A stretch of 64,000 nucleotides of DNA. It comes from Eledone cirrhosa. Lineage: Eukaryota. The notes beneath the pieces are model-generated. The model worked only from the letters and a program-made list of their open reading frames with translations, was not told the DNA's origin and did no database searches. A program made the translations under genes and the position numbers. The stretch spans positions 267,406,001 through 267,470,000 of the forward strand of contig OZ024740.1 in assembly GCA_964016885.1 (NCBI GenBank). Direction: 5' to 3'. Positions 26,705 to 40,349 of this stretch are shown here, piece by piece (the first letter of the stretch is position 1; each line of letters starts with the position of its first letter).

Positions 26705-27870
26705 CACACACATGAACACATACACACACATGAACACATACACTCACACACACACATGAACATAAACAGAACACATACTTGAACACATACATACACATGA
26801 ATACATACACACACATGAACACATACACTCACACACACACATGAACATAAACAGAACACATACTTGAACACATACATACACATGAATACATACACACACA
26901 TGAACACATACACTCACACACACACATGAACATAAACAGAACACATACTTGAACACATACATACACATGAATACATACACACACATGAACACATACACTC
27001 ACACACACACATGAACATAAACAGAACACATACTTGAACACATACACACACATGAACACATACACACACATGAACACATACACTCACACACACACATGAA
27101 CATAAACATAAACAGAACACACACTTGAACACATACATACGCATGAACACATACACACATATGAACACACACACACACATGAACATAAACATAAACAGAA
27201 CACACACTTGAACACATACATACACACTCACACATACACACACATGAACACACATGAACACATACACTCACACACACACACACACATGAACACATACACT
27301 CACACACACACACGAACATAAACAGAACACACACTTGAACACATGCATACACATGAACACATACACACATATGAACACATACACACACATGAACACATAC
27401 ACTCACACACGAACACATACATACAGAACACACACTTGAACACATACATACACATGAACATACACATACATGAACACATACACTCACACACACACATGAA
27501 CATAAACAGAAATCACACTTGAACACATACATACACATGAACACATACACACACATGAACACATACACACACATGAACACATACACACACATGAACACAT
27601 ACACACACATGAACACATACACACACATGAACACATACACTCACACACACACATGAACATAAACAGAACACACACTTGAACACATACACACACATGAACA
27701 CATACACACATATGAACACAAATGAACACACATTAACACATACACTCACACACACACATGAACATAAACAGAACACACACATGAACACATACACACACAT
27801 GAACACATACACACACATGAACACATGAACCCACATATGAACACATACACACACATGCACACAAACACAC
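26705..27870. repeat. CA-rich minisatellite: 85-bp higher-order unit built on an 18-bp subunit
   Basis: ORF ends are spaced exactly 85 nt (26744/26829/26914/26999). A pure ACACACATGAACACATAC run lies at ~27535-27640. Confidence 0.92.
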
Positions 27871-29162
27871 AATAGGCTTTCACACAGATTTCTGTCAACC
27901 AAATTGCCTGCACATAACACTCCTTAACAGAAGGCTGTGATGGGAGACAATTGTTGAAGGTGTTAGTAAGCAGGATTATACTTAAGAATAAAGTGGTTGT
28001 GAAACGAATAGAATTCTACCTGGTATTTATTCTAAAGACTCCTGGAAGGATGAAAATCAAGGTCGGCCTTGCCAGGATTTGAACTCAGAAAACAAAGGGT
28101 TAAAATCCACCGGGGTAATGCCTTCTCCATTCTGTCTGCTGGGGCCATGGGGCGGCCAGCATGTGGGACCCCATTTGCTCATAATAAAGAGAGATGGGGA
28201 GAGCAAGAGATATGGAAGCGATGATAGTGGGAGTTCGGTTCTTCCATGTTCGGACCTGGTGTGCAGTGTCAGTTGTCCGAAGGAAGGTAGTGGTTTGTAC
28301 TTAGCGAAGGTTTTTTTAGAACCTTGTGTTTGCGATTCCTGTATGTATTACGAAGAAGTAGAGCTAGCTTTCATCTAAGCTAGAAATAAGAAGAAGACTG
28401 TCTCCTGTTCATTTAAATCTCTTACATACTGACACCACAGACCTCAACAAATGATGACTTAGTGAGACGTTTTCACACATGCTTACTTTGAAGACATTAC
28501 CTAAGGATTAAAATGAATATTACATGACATTTTGTCCAACACTTAAATGACTCTTCTAATTCTCTGGTAACAATGGTTTTTAATTTAGACACAAAGTCAG
28601 AAATTCAGGAGGTGGGAGTTGTTTAACTTTACCCCAGTACTTTACAGGTACTTTATTTTATCAACACAGGAAGGATGAAAGGCAAAGTTCATCTCAGCGG
28701 AATTTGAACTCAGATCAAATACTGCAAAGGCATTTTATCCAATGCTCTACTAATTCTTCTAATCCACTACCGCCGCCACTGTAACATAATAATAATTGTT
28801 TTTACTTTAGGCACAAGGCCAGCAATTATCCAGTGCATTACTGGTACTTTATTTTATCGACCCCGTAAGGATAAAAGATAAAGTTAACCTCGGCGGGATT
28901 TGAACTCAGAATGGCAAGGGCCATAACTCTATGCGTTAAAGCATGGTGTCCGACCCTCTAACGATACTGCCATTACCAGCTGTAACATAATAATAATAGC
29001 AATTGTTTTGAACATTGGCCCAAGGTCAGAAATGTATGGGGAGGGATTAGTTAACAAAACATGTATGTATGCATGTATGTTTATATGTGTGTATGCATGT
29101 GTGCATATATGTATGTATGTTTATTATATATATGTATGTGTGTGTGAGTGATATGTATGTAT

Positions 29163-29218
<56 letters not shown>

Positions 29219-29223
29219 ATGTT

Positions 29224-29298
<75 letters not shown>

Positions 29299-29326
29299 TT
29301 ATATATATATATATATATATTATGGA

Positions 29327-29355
<29 letters not shown>

Positions 29356-29357
<2 letters not shown>

Positions 29358-30679
29358 GGAAGAGAGGTTCTTAGAGAAGAATAAGCCACTATACTTAGCC
29401 TTTGTTGACCTAGAGAAGGCCTTTGATAGGGTACCCCGATCTGTCATCTGGTGGTCCCTAAGGAAGCTGGGTGTTGAGGAATGGCTTGTAAGGACAGTGC
29501 AAACTTTGTACAGAGGTACTCTCAGTAAAGTCAGGGTAGGAATGGAGTTTAGTGAGGAATTCCAGATACAAGTAGGAGTACATCAGGGTTCGGTCCTCAG
29601 CCCGCTCTTGTTCATTATAGTCCTCCAAGCCATAACAGAGGAGTTTAAGACTGGCTGTCCATGGGAACTTCTCTATGCTGACGATCTGGCTCTTATGGCA
29701 GAATCAGTAGAGGAGCTAGAGAATAAATTCCGGCTATGGAAACAGCAGTTGGAAGCAAGAGGACTGAGAGTAAATCTAGCTAAGACAAAAGTGTTGATGA
29801 GTAGAAAAGAGGACAAAACCCTGACTCCGTCAGGGAAATGGCCATGTTCGATATGCAGAAAAGGAACTGGCATAAATTCTATAAAATGCACACAATGTAG
29901 GTCCTGGGTACACAAGAGATGTAGCGGGATAGCAGGCAAACTAACAGGTAGGGAGAAATATGTATGCAGTAGATGTACAGGGAAATTAGACAGTAGAAGT
30001 CGCACTGATAGACACATTTTTCAAATGCGAGAGGGCGCTATAGAAGTGGTGGATAGCTTCCGGTACCTAGGAGATCAGATTAGCATGGGAGGAGGGTGTT
30101 CCGAGGCCATAGTATCTAGAATAAGGACGGGTTGGAAGAAGTTTAGGGAGCTGCTTCCTCTGTTGACGAAGAAGGGTTTCTCCCTGCGTACGAAAGGCCG
30201 GTTGTATGATGCCTGTGTGAGGAGCGCGATGCTGCATGGTAGTGAGACATGGGCAGCTACCGCAGAAGATATGCGACGGCTGGAGAGAAATGAGGCAAGC
30301 ATGCTCCGTTGGATGTGCAGTGTAAATGTGCGTGAACGACCCAGCATAAATGTGTTGAGAGAGAGACTGTGTCTGAGAGGGATAGAATGTAGTGTACGGG
30401 AGAGGAGACTGAGGTGGTATGGACATGTGATGCGCATGGAGGATGACCGATGGGTGAAGAAGTGCCAGGAAATGCCAGTTGAAGGAAGACGTGGTAGAGG
30501 TAGACCACGAAAAACATGGGCGGAGGTGGTGAGAACAGACCTCAGATCATTGAAGCTCACGGTGGAGATGACGAGGGACCGTGACGAGTGGAGAGATGCT
30601 GTGCTGAATAAGACCCGTCCCACCCTTGCAAGCAGGGAAAAGCGGACGTAAAATGATGATGATGATGATGATGATGATA
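29356..30679 (+). mobile_element. 5'-truncated RTE LINE subfamily 1, uninterrupted RT frame to 30651
   Basis: Motifs [45 protein letters not shown] and [10 protein letters not shown]. The stop codon is followed directly by (TGA)n. The ORF-track N-terminus is microsatellite. Confidence 0.96.
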
Positions 30680-30723
30680 TGGAATACTGTTGGCTTTTTG
30701 CTACAATGTTTTCTATACCTTTC

Positions 30724-30775
<52 letters not shown>

Positions 30776-30954
30776 AAAAATTGAACAGGGACAGAACAGA
30801 GAGGCAGTACGACAAATGTTTATTAGATTCACGCTCAGTAGAGTGGGGGGTAGGTGGATATATATATATGTATATATATATATAAATAAAATGAAGTGTT
30901 TTTATCCCGATGGATGTGTAATGTTATTTGTGCATAAGCAAACAGAGAAAAACT

Positions 30955-31073
30955 TGGCATAAGAGTGCAGCCATCGGGGTCCTGAATCTTTTCATATTAT
31001 CCACTCTACTACTCTAAGTATTGAGTACTCTGGTGAGATATGGTCCGCCTGGTATTTTACCACACCCTATCTT

Positions 31074-31075
<2 letters not shown>
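30955..31075 (+). mobile_element. Family A pLTR 3' end
   Basis: TGGC..GCCATCGGGGTCC, then CCACTCTACTACTCTAAGTATTGAGTACTCTGGTG..ACCACACC. Confidence 0.7.
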
Positions 31076-31117
<42 letters not shown>

Positions 31118-31119
<2 letters not shown>

Positions 31120-31387
31120 TCATGATCATCATTTCATTTTACGTCCACTTTTCCCTGCTTGCAAGGGTGGGACAGGAACTGATTCTGGCTTGATTTCTAC
31201 AGCTGGATGCCCTTCCTAACACCAACCTCATTTATAGTGAGTGCTGGGTGCTTTTTTGCCGTAAACTGGAACAATGTGAAATAAAGTGTCTTGCTCAAGG
31301 AAACAACACATCACCCGGTCTGAGAATTGAACTCACAACCTTTTGATTGCAAGGCCAATGCTCTAACCATTAAGCCATGTGCCTCCA
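31118..31387 (-). mobile_element. CORE-like SINE copy with internal deletion
   Basis: Matches 13820-14149 but lacks ~70 nt at 31262. Confidence 0.87.
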
Positions 31388-32054
31388 TATACACACATGA
31401 ATTTAAATTTTATTTTAGGTTTAATAAAGACAAAAAATTAAGGATTGGTTATAAAGAAAAATCAAGTTAGCTGATGGACTGAAGAAAGATTTTCATGAAG
31501 GTGTTAGCTCTAGTCTTCATCATCACCATCATCATCATTTAAAGTCTATCTTCCATGCTAGCATGGGTTTAGTGATGTTGGGAAAGCTGAGAATGGAACC
31601 CCATTGATAGTCAGGAAAAACAAGGTGTACATTATGTAAGTATGATGTCAGTAGTCATGAGGGTGGGATGGTAAGAACAAAGCTAGCTTAGCTCCCCACA
31701 AATCTACCTATATATACCAAGACGCATACACACACACATGTACACACAGCAACCAATCTGTTTATCTATCTATCTACTTACCTATCTACTTGCTTCTCCC
31801 CACCTTCATTTCCTCCTCTCTTTCTGTCTGTCTCTCTCTCTTGCTAGCTTTCTCATCTACACACACACACACTAACTCTCACACACACACACACTAACTC
31901 TCTCTCTCACACACACACACACACTAACTCTCTCTCTCACACACACACACTAACTCTCTCTCACACACACACACACATACACTCAGCAACCAATCAAACT
32001 ATTTACTTACCTACCTATCTACCTGTTTCTCCTTACTTCTTCCTCACCTCTCTT

Positions 32055-32229
32055 GCTATCTCTCTCTCTCTCTCTCTGTATGCCTCTCTAGCTATCTTTC
32101 TCTCTGTATGCCCCCTCTCTCTCTGTATGTCTCTCTAGCTATCTTTCTCTCTGTATGCCTTTTTAGTTCTCTCTCTCTCTCTCTCTCTGTATGTCTCTCT
32201 AGCTATCTTTCTCTCTGTATGCCTCTTTA

Positions 32230-32278
<49 letters not shown>

Positions 32279-32460
32279 GTATGTCTCTCTAGCTATCTTT
32301 CTCTCTCTATGCCTCTTTAGTTATCTCTCTCTCGCTCTCTCTCTGTATGTCTTTCTAGCTATCTTTCTCTCTGTATGTTCCCTCCCCATTCTCTGTATAT
32401 CTCTCTTGGTATCTCTCTCTCTCTCTCTCTGTCTGTCTGTCTCTCTTGCTATCTCTCATC
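32055..32460. repeat. (CT)n-based tandem repeat
   Basis: The unit TGTATGTCTCTCTAGCTATCTTTCTCTCTGTATGCC recurs about 5 times. Confidence 0.85.
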
Positions 32461-32569
32461 TCTTCTATATACCAAAGTACTTTTGGTATTCCTTGGTGGC
32501 TGGCTATCTTATGCAGACAGATGCTACATCTGTATCTTATGCAGGTATAAGGAGAAGGAGATAAAGGAT

Positions 32570-32617
<48 letters not shown>

Positions 32618-33247
32618 AATGGGAGAGAGGATCCTTAAGTAGAGAGAGAGAGGGAGAGATAAATGGGAAAGAGGAGGCATAGGTAGTGAGAGAGGGTGAG
32701 AATGAGATAAATAAGAGAGAAGAAGCATAGGTAGAGAGAGACAGAGAAAGAGAAGATGATAGTAAATGAAGAGAGGTGAGACAGGTGTAGTGAGATTGAA
32801 GTTAGATAGAGAAGGTACTGGAAAGAAAGAAAGAAAGAAAGAAAGGATGAGAGGGATGAGACAATGATTCCAAAGAAATAAGTAAAAGAAAAAGATGAAG
32901 TATGCTAAGATATAGAATTACACACATTGAATCTGTTAAAAATATTTTTGTACTATTTAATGTTTAACCTGCTCCATTAACTGACATCTACAGAGAGAAG
33001 AAGAAGACTATCAGGAGCTCACCATTTGTGGGGAGCGAGTGAGAGAGAAACAGGTAATCAGAAAGAGAGTAAGAGAAATATATATATATATATATAATGC
33101 GATGAAATATCAATGATGGTTGGCAAATCACTGACGAAGGACTAATTTTATCATATGTAACCCATGTGCAACCACGCAGTATTCTTCTTTCTACTCATGT
33201 TTTTATATATATATATATATGATGATGATGATGATGATGATATATAT

Positions 33248-33394
33248 ATATAGGTATCCGTTTTACGTGTGTTGTGTTGAGGCAAATAACTATGTGTATA
33301 CTCTGGTAATGTATCTTACATTGCCCATTGAGTGCGCTGAGATACAACCGGTACTGGCATTGATAAATATGCTGGGTCCGTCAACCCTTATTAT

Positions 33395-33459
<65 letters not shown>

Positions 33460-33530
33460 CAGAGATAGAGATTATATATATTTATATATATGTGTGTGTG
33501 TATGTAGGGATATATATTTATATATAGAGA

Positions 33531-33567
<37 letters not shown>

Positions 33568-33905
33568 GAGAGAGAGAAAGGAAGATTAAAAATCTAAAAA
33601 CAAAACAAATAGAATGAAAACATCTCATTTACTGCTTCATATTCTAAATGTAATCTGAAAGTTTTTGAAAGTTATAGCTGGTACCATCACCACTACGACC
33701 ACTGCCAGAACCACTACAGCCACTACCACCACTGTCATCCCCACCAACACCATCCCCACCACCACTACCCCCACCCCCACCACTGCCATCCCCACTAACA
33801 TCATTGCCATCATCACTACCACCACCATCCTTACCTCCACTACCACCACCATCCTTACCTCCACTACCACCACCACCGCCATCCTCACTACCACCACCGC
33901 CACTC
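33248..33905 (+). repeat. Segment duplicated at 59211-59825 (pLTR 3' part, microsatellites and unique-looking flank)
   Basis: Near-identical sequence from TATAGGTA(T/C)CCGTTTTACG to CTACCACCACCGCCACT. Confidence 0.92.
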
Positions 33906-34405
33906 CACCTCACTACCACCACTGCCATCACCACCACCACTACCTCCACTACCACTACTGCCACCCCCCCCCCTACTATCCCCACCGCCATCACCACCAT
34001 CCCTACCATCACCACCACCACTGCTATCCCCACCACCACTACCACCACTGCCACTGCATCCCCACTACCACCACCACCACTATTAGCACTATTATACTAC
34101 TATTCCTAGTGCTAACAACATCCTCCCCCATCACAACCTTATCATCATCATCATCATCAGTATTATCACCACTGCTGCTACCCCCCCCCCCCATTGCCAT
34201 CACCATTGCTACCATCACTGCTATCACCACCACCACCACCACCACCACCACCACCACCACCACCACCACCACTATTAGTACTATTACTCCTTCCACTACC
34301 AACATTCTCATCAGCACTACCATATCAGCATCATCATAATCATAAGTTTTATCACATCAATGCTTACTACCATTATCATTATCACCATCATTAACAGCAG
34401 TAGTG

Positions 34406-34437
<32 letters not shown>

Positions 34438-34710
34438 CTATTATTATCATCAGCATCATCACTGCCTCCACAACTACTCCACCTCCACCACCATCACCAG
34501 TATTAGAAATATTTGCACCTTATCTCTGCCCCCACCATTGCTACCACTATCATCCTCATCAGTAATGTTTTAAGTTACTGTAATATATTTGATATTTTAT
34601 TCACCTATACCAACAAGTTTCAATGCCTAACATTTCAATATAACTGAAGTAGCTACTATCATCATTATCATCATCACCATCACTATAACCACCACCACCA
34701 CCTTCAACAT
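33680..34710. repeat. (ACC)n/(ATC)n low-complexity region
   Basis: Directly visible; it produces the Thr/Pro/His/Val/Gly-rich ORFs. Confidence 0.95.
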
Positions 34711-35449
34711 CAGTATTTAACGTCCGTTTTTCCTGCTAGTGAAAGTTGAAAAAGATGTTACAGATCAAGTCAGTACTTAATCGGAACTATTGACCCCTAA
34801 GAGGGGCCAGAGGCTTCATCTTGTATACATACATTCCTTCACTCTACAGAAAATACCAAGTGCATTTTATTGTAGCACCAGCACTAGGGAGATTGCCATG
34901 TTTTTGAGATAGCTGAAAAGTTTTCATGACCCCTTGGCAAGTATTCTACAGATGGATGCCCTTCCTATCACCACTTTATGGTGCACTGGGTGCGTTTTAT
35001 CATGTCACCAACATCAAAGACGTTGTTGTGCTCTTGACACAACTGAAGCACCCTCATAACCCTTTTGTGACATGATTTCTACAGTTGGATGCACTTTCAA
35101 TCACCTTACGGTGGTACTAAGTGCGATTTTGTAGCAACAGCACTAGAAGGGTTGTTATGTCATAACTGAAGGGTCCGCTCAACTCTTTGCATAGTGTCTA
35201 TTTCTGGAAGCTCTTCCTAATACCAATCAACTACATCTTATATCTACTTTGTGTCATTTTGAGGGGATGGAGAGGATGTTTTTTTTCAACCGATATTTTA
35301 GATTTGCAATGCCTAAAAGAAAATTGCTAAAAATATGAACACCAACCAAACCAAAACTGATAATAATAACATTGACATAGGACTTCTGTCATTACAAAAA
35401 CATGCAATAGCAGAGATGAGTAAAGATTTCAAACGACATAAAACACAGC

Positions 35450-35990
35450 TTCTTCACCCACTGGTTCCTGAGAGGGTTGTGGGGACAGAGTCCTCAAACA
35501 CTCCTCCCAGATGGTCCTGACAGAAGCAGCCATCACTAACTGATCCAGCTAGATGCCCAAGCGAAACCAGCTGAGCACATGATGTTATCCAACCATTTTG
35601 CTCGAAGTCTACCCCTAGGCCTCCTGCTAGTTGGTTTTGCCCGTAAACTCTGTTCAGTGATTCTTTCCTGACATTCTCACCACATGCCCATAGTATCGGA
35701 GCTGTGATCTCTCAATTCGGAGAAGTAGCAGCTCTACCTGGAGTGACTCTCTGATCTCCAAGCTATGAGTAATGTTACTTCATACACCCTTCGGAGGAAC
35801 ACCATTCCAGCTGCTTGTATTTGCGATTGTATTCTTTCAGTCATTACCCAAGATTCATGTTCATAGTTAGGGTTGGCATGATTACCGAACTGAAGATAGC
35901 TAGTTTGGCTTTTACACCTACCACCCTTTTTCTGATTACCAAATACTGAAGCTGGTGCAGTAATGCATCAGCTCCTACAATTCTTGCATA
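35450..35990 (-). pseudogene. Old RTE (Rex3/Expander-like) LINE 3' relic
   Basis: Minus translation, repairing a small frameshift: AKLAIFSSVIMPTLT-YEHESWVMTERIQSQIQAAGMVFLRR. Related relics at 40350-40860(-) and 63100-63370(+). Confidence 0.75.
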
Positions 35991-35999
35991 TAAAACACA

Positions 36000-37080
36000 A
36001 CTTACAATAAAATTGAATCAGAACTATTTACATCAGTAAGCTACTAAAAAAAGAACGATTATGACACGAGTCGATAAAAAACCCAGTGATTTGATGTTAT
36101 CTATAATCAATCAAACTGCTACAGATCACCTATCACAAATTTAAGTTCCTAGTTTTTGGATATTAAATGTCTTACTGTATTATGTTACAATTGCCATTTG
36201 CCAACATATGGGAATAACAGAAATGAATCAAAACATAAACATACAGTCAAATGGATTACCTTTCTCTAAAGGAACATCAATACTAAATGGAAAAAAATAT
36301 TGGACAACTGGATACACCAGATACAAAGTAAACAATAAATTTCTGAACCACCTGCTTTGAATTTATGGTAGATTGTTCAAAATGTATGGAAACCGCAAAT
36401 GAGAGACATCACAAGTAAAGTTAATGCCCTCAAACGTGATTTACAAACAGTAAAGGAAAAAAAAATCCATTATCTTAAGATATTACTAGAATGTAAATTT
36501 GCATTAAACTTACAAACAATATACTGCAGCTTGAAAGGCCACCCCTCAAGGATGTAAATGCTCCATCCTTGGAAGATCTAGAATCATTCTGTGGCAGAAT
36601 TTGGAACATAAATATAGAGTACAACCACAATGTGGGATGGTTGAATGAGCTACGAATGTATTGAGTAATGTACAAATGTCCCCCTAAAATATACATCACC
36701 AATGAAACTCCCCAGTGATTTTTACAAGACTACAACTGAAAAATATGCTGGAAGTGAACTGATAATCAGTTATTGATATAAGAACTCAAGTTCTAGAGGG
36801 AAACTTTTGTCAATCTGTTCAAAAATAAATAATGGATGTTGAACTTGATAAGTTACACTGGTAGTTGCACAAAAACACTTGTTCCTAGAAACCAAGGGAC
36901 ACATGTATAAAAAACTACTGGCTTGTAGCATGCTTACTATTATGTACAGTCTTTACACAAGTTGTTACAATGTATTTCTCTAAGACCAATGCCAAACAAA
37001 TGATATGGTAACTGATGAACAAGCAAGAAGAAAGGAAGGAGTCTGGAACTATGCTAGACAGCTCCTCATCAACAACATTC
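36000..37080 (+). pseudogene. Highly degraded non-LTR RT relic, possibly R4/Dong-like
   Basis: Scattered remnants such as VACL..MYSLYT and TDEQARRKEGVWNYARQLLINN resemble RT subdomains 1-2. Many stop codons. Confidence 0.45.
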
Positions 37081-37087
37081 TTCTTAA

Positions 37088-37308
37088 CCCTTTAGCATTT
37101 AAACCGGCCATATCCGGCCAGAATTTCCTCACCTATTTCTGTCCAAACTGGGTGTAAACAGTCACTCATATTGATGTTAAGGTATTGTTCTCAAAATAAA
37201 CAGTATCAAAATCTTGTAGATTCTATATTATGTGAGATAATTATGCGATATAAAGTGTTTACTGTTAAAATACAATAGTATATATAGAGTAATGTAAATG
37301 CTAGAGAG
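37088..37308. mobile_element. piggyBac-like MITE
   Basis: TTAA at 37084-37087 and 37309-37312; TIR CCCTTTAGCATTTA. Homologous to 20487-20694. Confidence 0.8.
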
Positions 37309-37340
37309 TTAAAGAAGCTATGCAGCAGCATTGCTTAAGC

Positions 37341-37526
37341 CAGCGGTTTCCAAAGTGGGTTCTGCGGAACCCAAGGGTTTCGCAAACAAGTGTCTGGGGT
37401 TCCGTGAAAAAATGGTAGAAGGGTATATTTATAATATGACCATATAACAGTATTAGACTTTGAGGTTCCCCCAAAAGTTTCTGAGCCAAAAAGGGTTCTC
37501 CGCTTGAAAAAGTTTGGGAAACCCTG
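37341..37526. mobile_element. hAT (Charlie-like) MITE
   Basis: TIRs CAGCGGTTTCCAAA / TTTGGGAAACCCTG. Perfect 8-bp TSD GCTTAAGC on both sides. Confidence 0.9.
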
Positions 37527-37840
37527 GCTTAAGCCTACTAATGATATAGCTAGACTACAAGAAAGTGCACAGCTCTTTCCCTCATTCATAGATACTAGAG
37601 TCACTGCATTTTACCAAGGTTCCATCTACAGTAGTTGGTTCCTGACATTGTCAGTTATAAAGGACTAACTATACCATGGCCCACACATCTATCAATGAGA
37701 TTTGAAACAATTACTATAGTCACAAATAAAATTTAGATAATTGACAGGAATATTCCAGAGTAACAGATTCACTGTAATGTTGGTAGTGAACCTCTCAGCC
37801 ATGCTGGGAACTGCTTAGTCTACATAGTAGAATCTATAGA

Positions 37841-38035
37841 CAGAAAAGGATTTATCTACTTGTGGCCCCAAGCCAAATTCATCAGTGGACCCTCAGATTT
37901 ATAAAAGTTGGCATGTTTCAGTATCCAATATATATATGTATATATATACCTTAATTTCAGTGGACCCCCCCCCCCCCAGTTATCTGTGGGCCCTAGGCCA
38001 GTGGCCTACTATGCATATTGATAAATCCAGCCCTG
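37841..38035. mobile_element. hAT-type MITE
   Basis: Ends CAG..GGATTTATC / GATAAATCCAGCCCTG. Perfect 8-bp TSD TCTATAGA. Confidence 0.85.
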
Positions 38036-40349
38036 TCTATAGAGGAGAGAGTAGTTAATGTCGTCCACATCATTTGTTGTGGCTGATTTAGTTAATATTT
38101 ACAACACTAAATTACAGTTAGTGCTGGTCATAACATTCTCACGGGACTTAGGAATGGAATTTGGTTAAGATATTTCTTCAAATGGGGAAAGATTATTGAG
38201 CAGAATTATAATGCTATCTGCTTGTAAGATTGTCCTGATAAACATACTGGAAACATGGCGTAACAAGCTAGTTCAGGTCTTGAGTTCAAATCTTTTTATG
38301 TGTGATAAATCTGCAGTTAATGTTTTGATGTATTGTCTCAGTTGGCATTTTAGGTGTTTGACATTTGGGCTCAAGATCATATTAAAATTTTATTTGTGAA
38401 AGTCTGATAACTGATTCAGGAAAATTTTCATTTGATCAACTTCTTACAATGAAACCAGAGCTAAACAGTGGGTTTCAAAAGAACCCCTGGATCCTTGTGG
38501 TAATATTATTTTTTAATTATATTCTGTTTATTTGAAGATTTAGAACAAATATCATTGAAATCAACATGAAACACAAGAGGGTTTTTTCAAATGCCAATCA
38601 ACTTAGCCATGGGTGCCTCAACTGCATTTTACAATCTCTGCTCAATCATTATTTTTTTTTGTATAACAGCTATCGTGTCATTCTTTCTCAGAAAACATAG
38701 TTGTGTCTGTGAAACTGAATTGACATTTTATGAATTGATGCCATTTATAATTCAAACCATCAAAGACTAAATGTCTGATTTTTCCATGCATTGTACACAA
38801 GTTTCTTCTTCAAAGGAATTATTTCCTTTTTTTAATCATATTTAATTATTTTTATATTAAGGCTAAGTGGAAACTATTTAAAGAGTTGTACACATACATA
38901 TTCTTGGATATGCAGGGAAGAATGTAAAAACTTTGTGAGTAAACAATTTAAATCCTTACTATTGTTGTTGTTATTGAAGTTAACTTTGCCTTTCATCCTT
39001 GCAGGGTCGATGAAATAAAGTACCAGTAATGCACTGGGGGTCGATTTAATTGGCTTTCCCCTCTCCCAAAATTGCTGGCATTGTGCCTATATAAGAAACC
39101 ATTATTATTATGAGGAGGTTGACTTTGCCTTTCATCCTTACGGGGTCGATAAAATAAAGTACCAGTAATGTGCTGGGTAATTGCTGGCCCTGTGCCAAAA
39201 GTAGAAACAATTATTGTTGTTATTATTATTATAGTGATGGATTGGCAGAATTTCCAGAGCATCTGTTAAAATATTTTGTTTTTCCAGATAATTTCCTCTT
39301 AAATATGCCTTCTAAAAGACATGGAAGTAGTGAAAATTGTCATGATGCAACAGAACAGACACGTGCTGTTAGCTCTGTTACAAAAGTCATCAATACTGAA
39401 AAAAAGCTAGAGAATGGTGTATTGATGAAAGTCTTGTATGTAGAATAAGGTGAAGGTTTATTGACAATGTATATGATCCCAGAAACAAGAGAATTTTACA
39501 ATACTTTGGTAGTGGTGGGGATGAGGTGATGTTGGCACCACTGTTATAAAAAAAACAGAAAAAAACATGAAAGATAGTCAACTTTGATTTATTTATATAG
39601 CATGTAGAAACATAAATATATTTTGGAAATGGATTTACAGTAAAAGTAAGGGTAAATAAATAATTGCTTTTTGTTCAGAATTTTTATATAATGCTTTAAA
39701 AGGTATCAGCATGTCTATTTTTCTTTGTTTTTTTCTACTAATCTACTTATTTCTGTGTCATAGTACAGTAAACATGTGCCACAGGACTAGCACTTTCTAA
39801 TAAAGAAGTTAGCTAACCATAAGCTAGGTTTATGTCTATGTAAGTCATATCAATCAATGGTATATTAAAATATATACATTATTTTGCCATTTTTGACCTT
39901 AAGCTTTACTGGTTTGAAATATTCTCTACTTTGGTACCCGTCTGATTCCAAGATTTCTCAATTAGTGAGGTTCCACCTGCAGAATGAAGACACTGCTCTA
40001 TATTAAACATGGTTGTGATCACAGAGTGAATAAAGATGAAGACAGAAAAAGGCAGAAGAAACAGAGACAGAGAATAGAATAGATTTAGAATACACAAAAT
40101 GTACAAAAACAAAAAAAAAAAACAAAGAAAGTTGTGAAGATTTTGAAAACTAGAATTACTTTAGTTAAGTAATGTTTCTCTTTACTAGGGGATAAATGAG
40201 ATACTTTTAATTTTCTTTGTTGTAACAAATCTCAAAATGTGTTTAGGCAAGGCTGAAAAAAGGTTTGTAATTTTAAAGCATTAAAGAATAGATGAGGAAG
40301 AAGAAATGGCTGCTCTACTATATTATATCTTTATTTCTTCTATTTTGCT

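Noticed and set aside
26540-27920. Cys/Val/Met-rich ORFs and a CRISPR-like periodicity
   Set aside because: Tandem minisatellite with no unique spacers, in a eukaryotic context.
33125-33185. CTGACGA hammerhead core in a TA-flanked island
   Set aside because: No GAAA, stem III or NUH follows.
33637-34394. Mucin-, extensin- or Gly-rich ORFs
   Set aside because: They are open in many frames because of (ACC)n repeats, with no splice or codon evidence.
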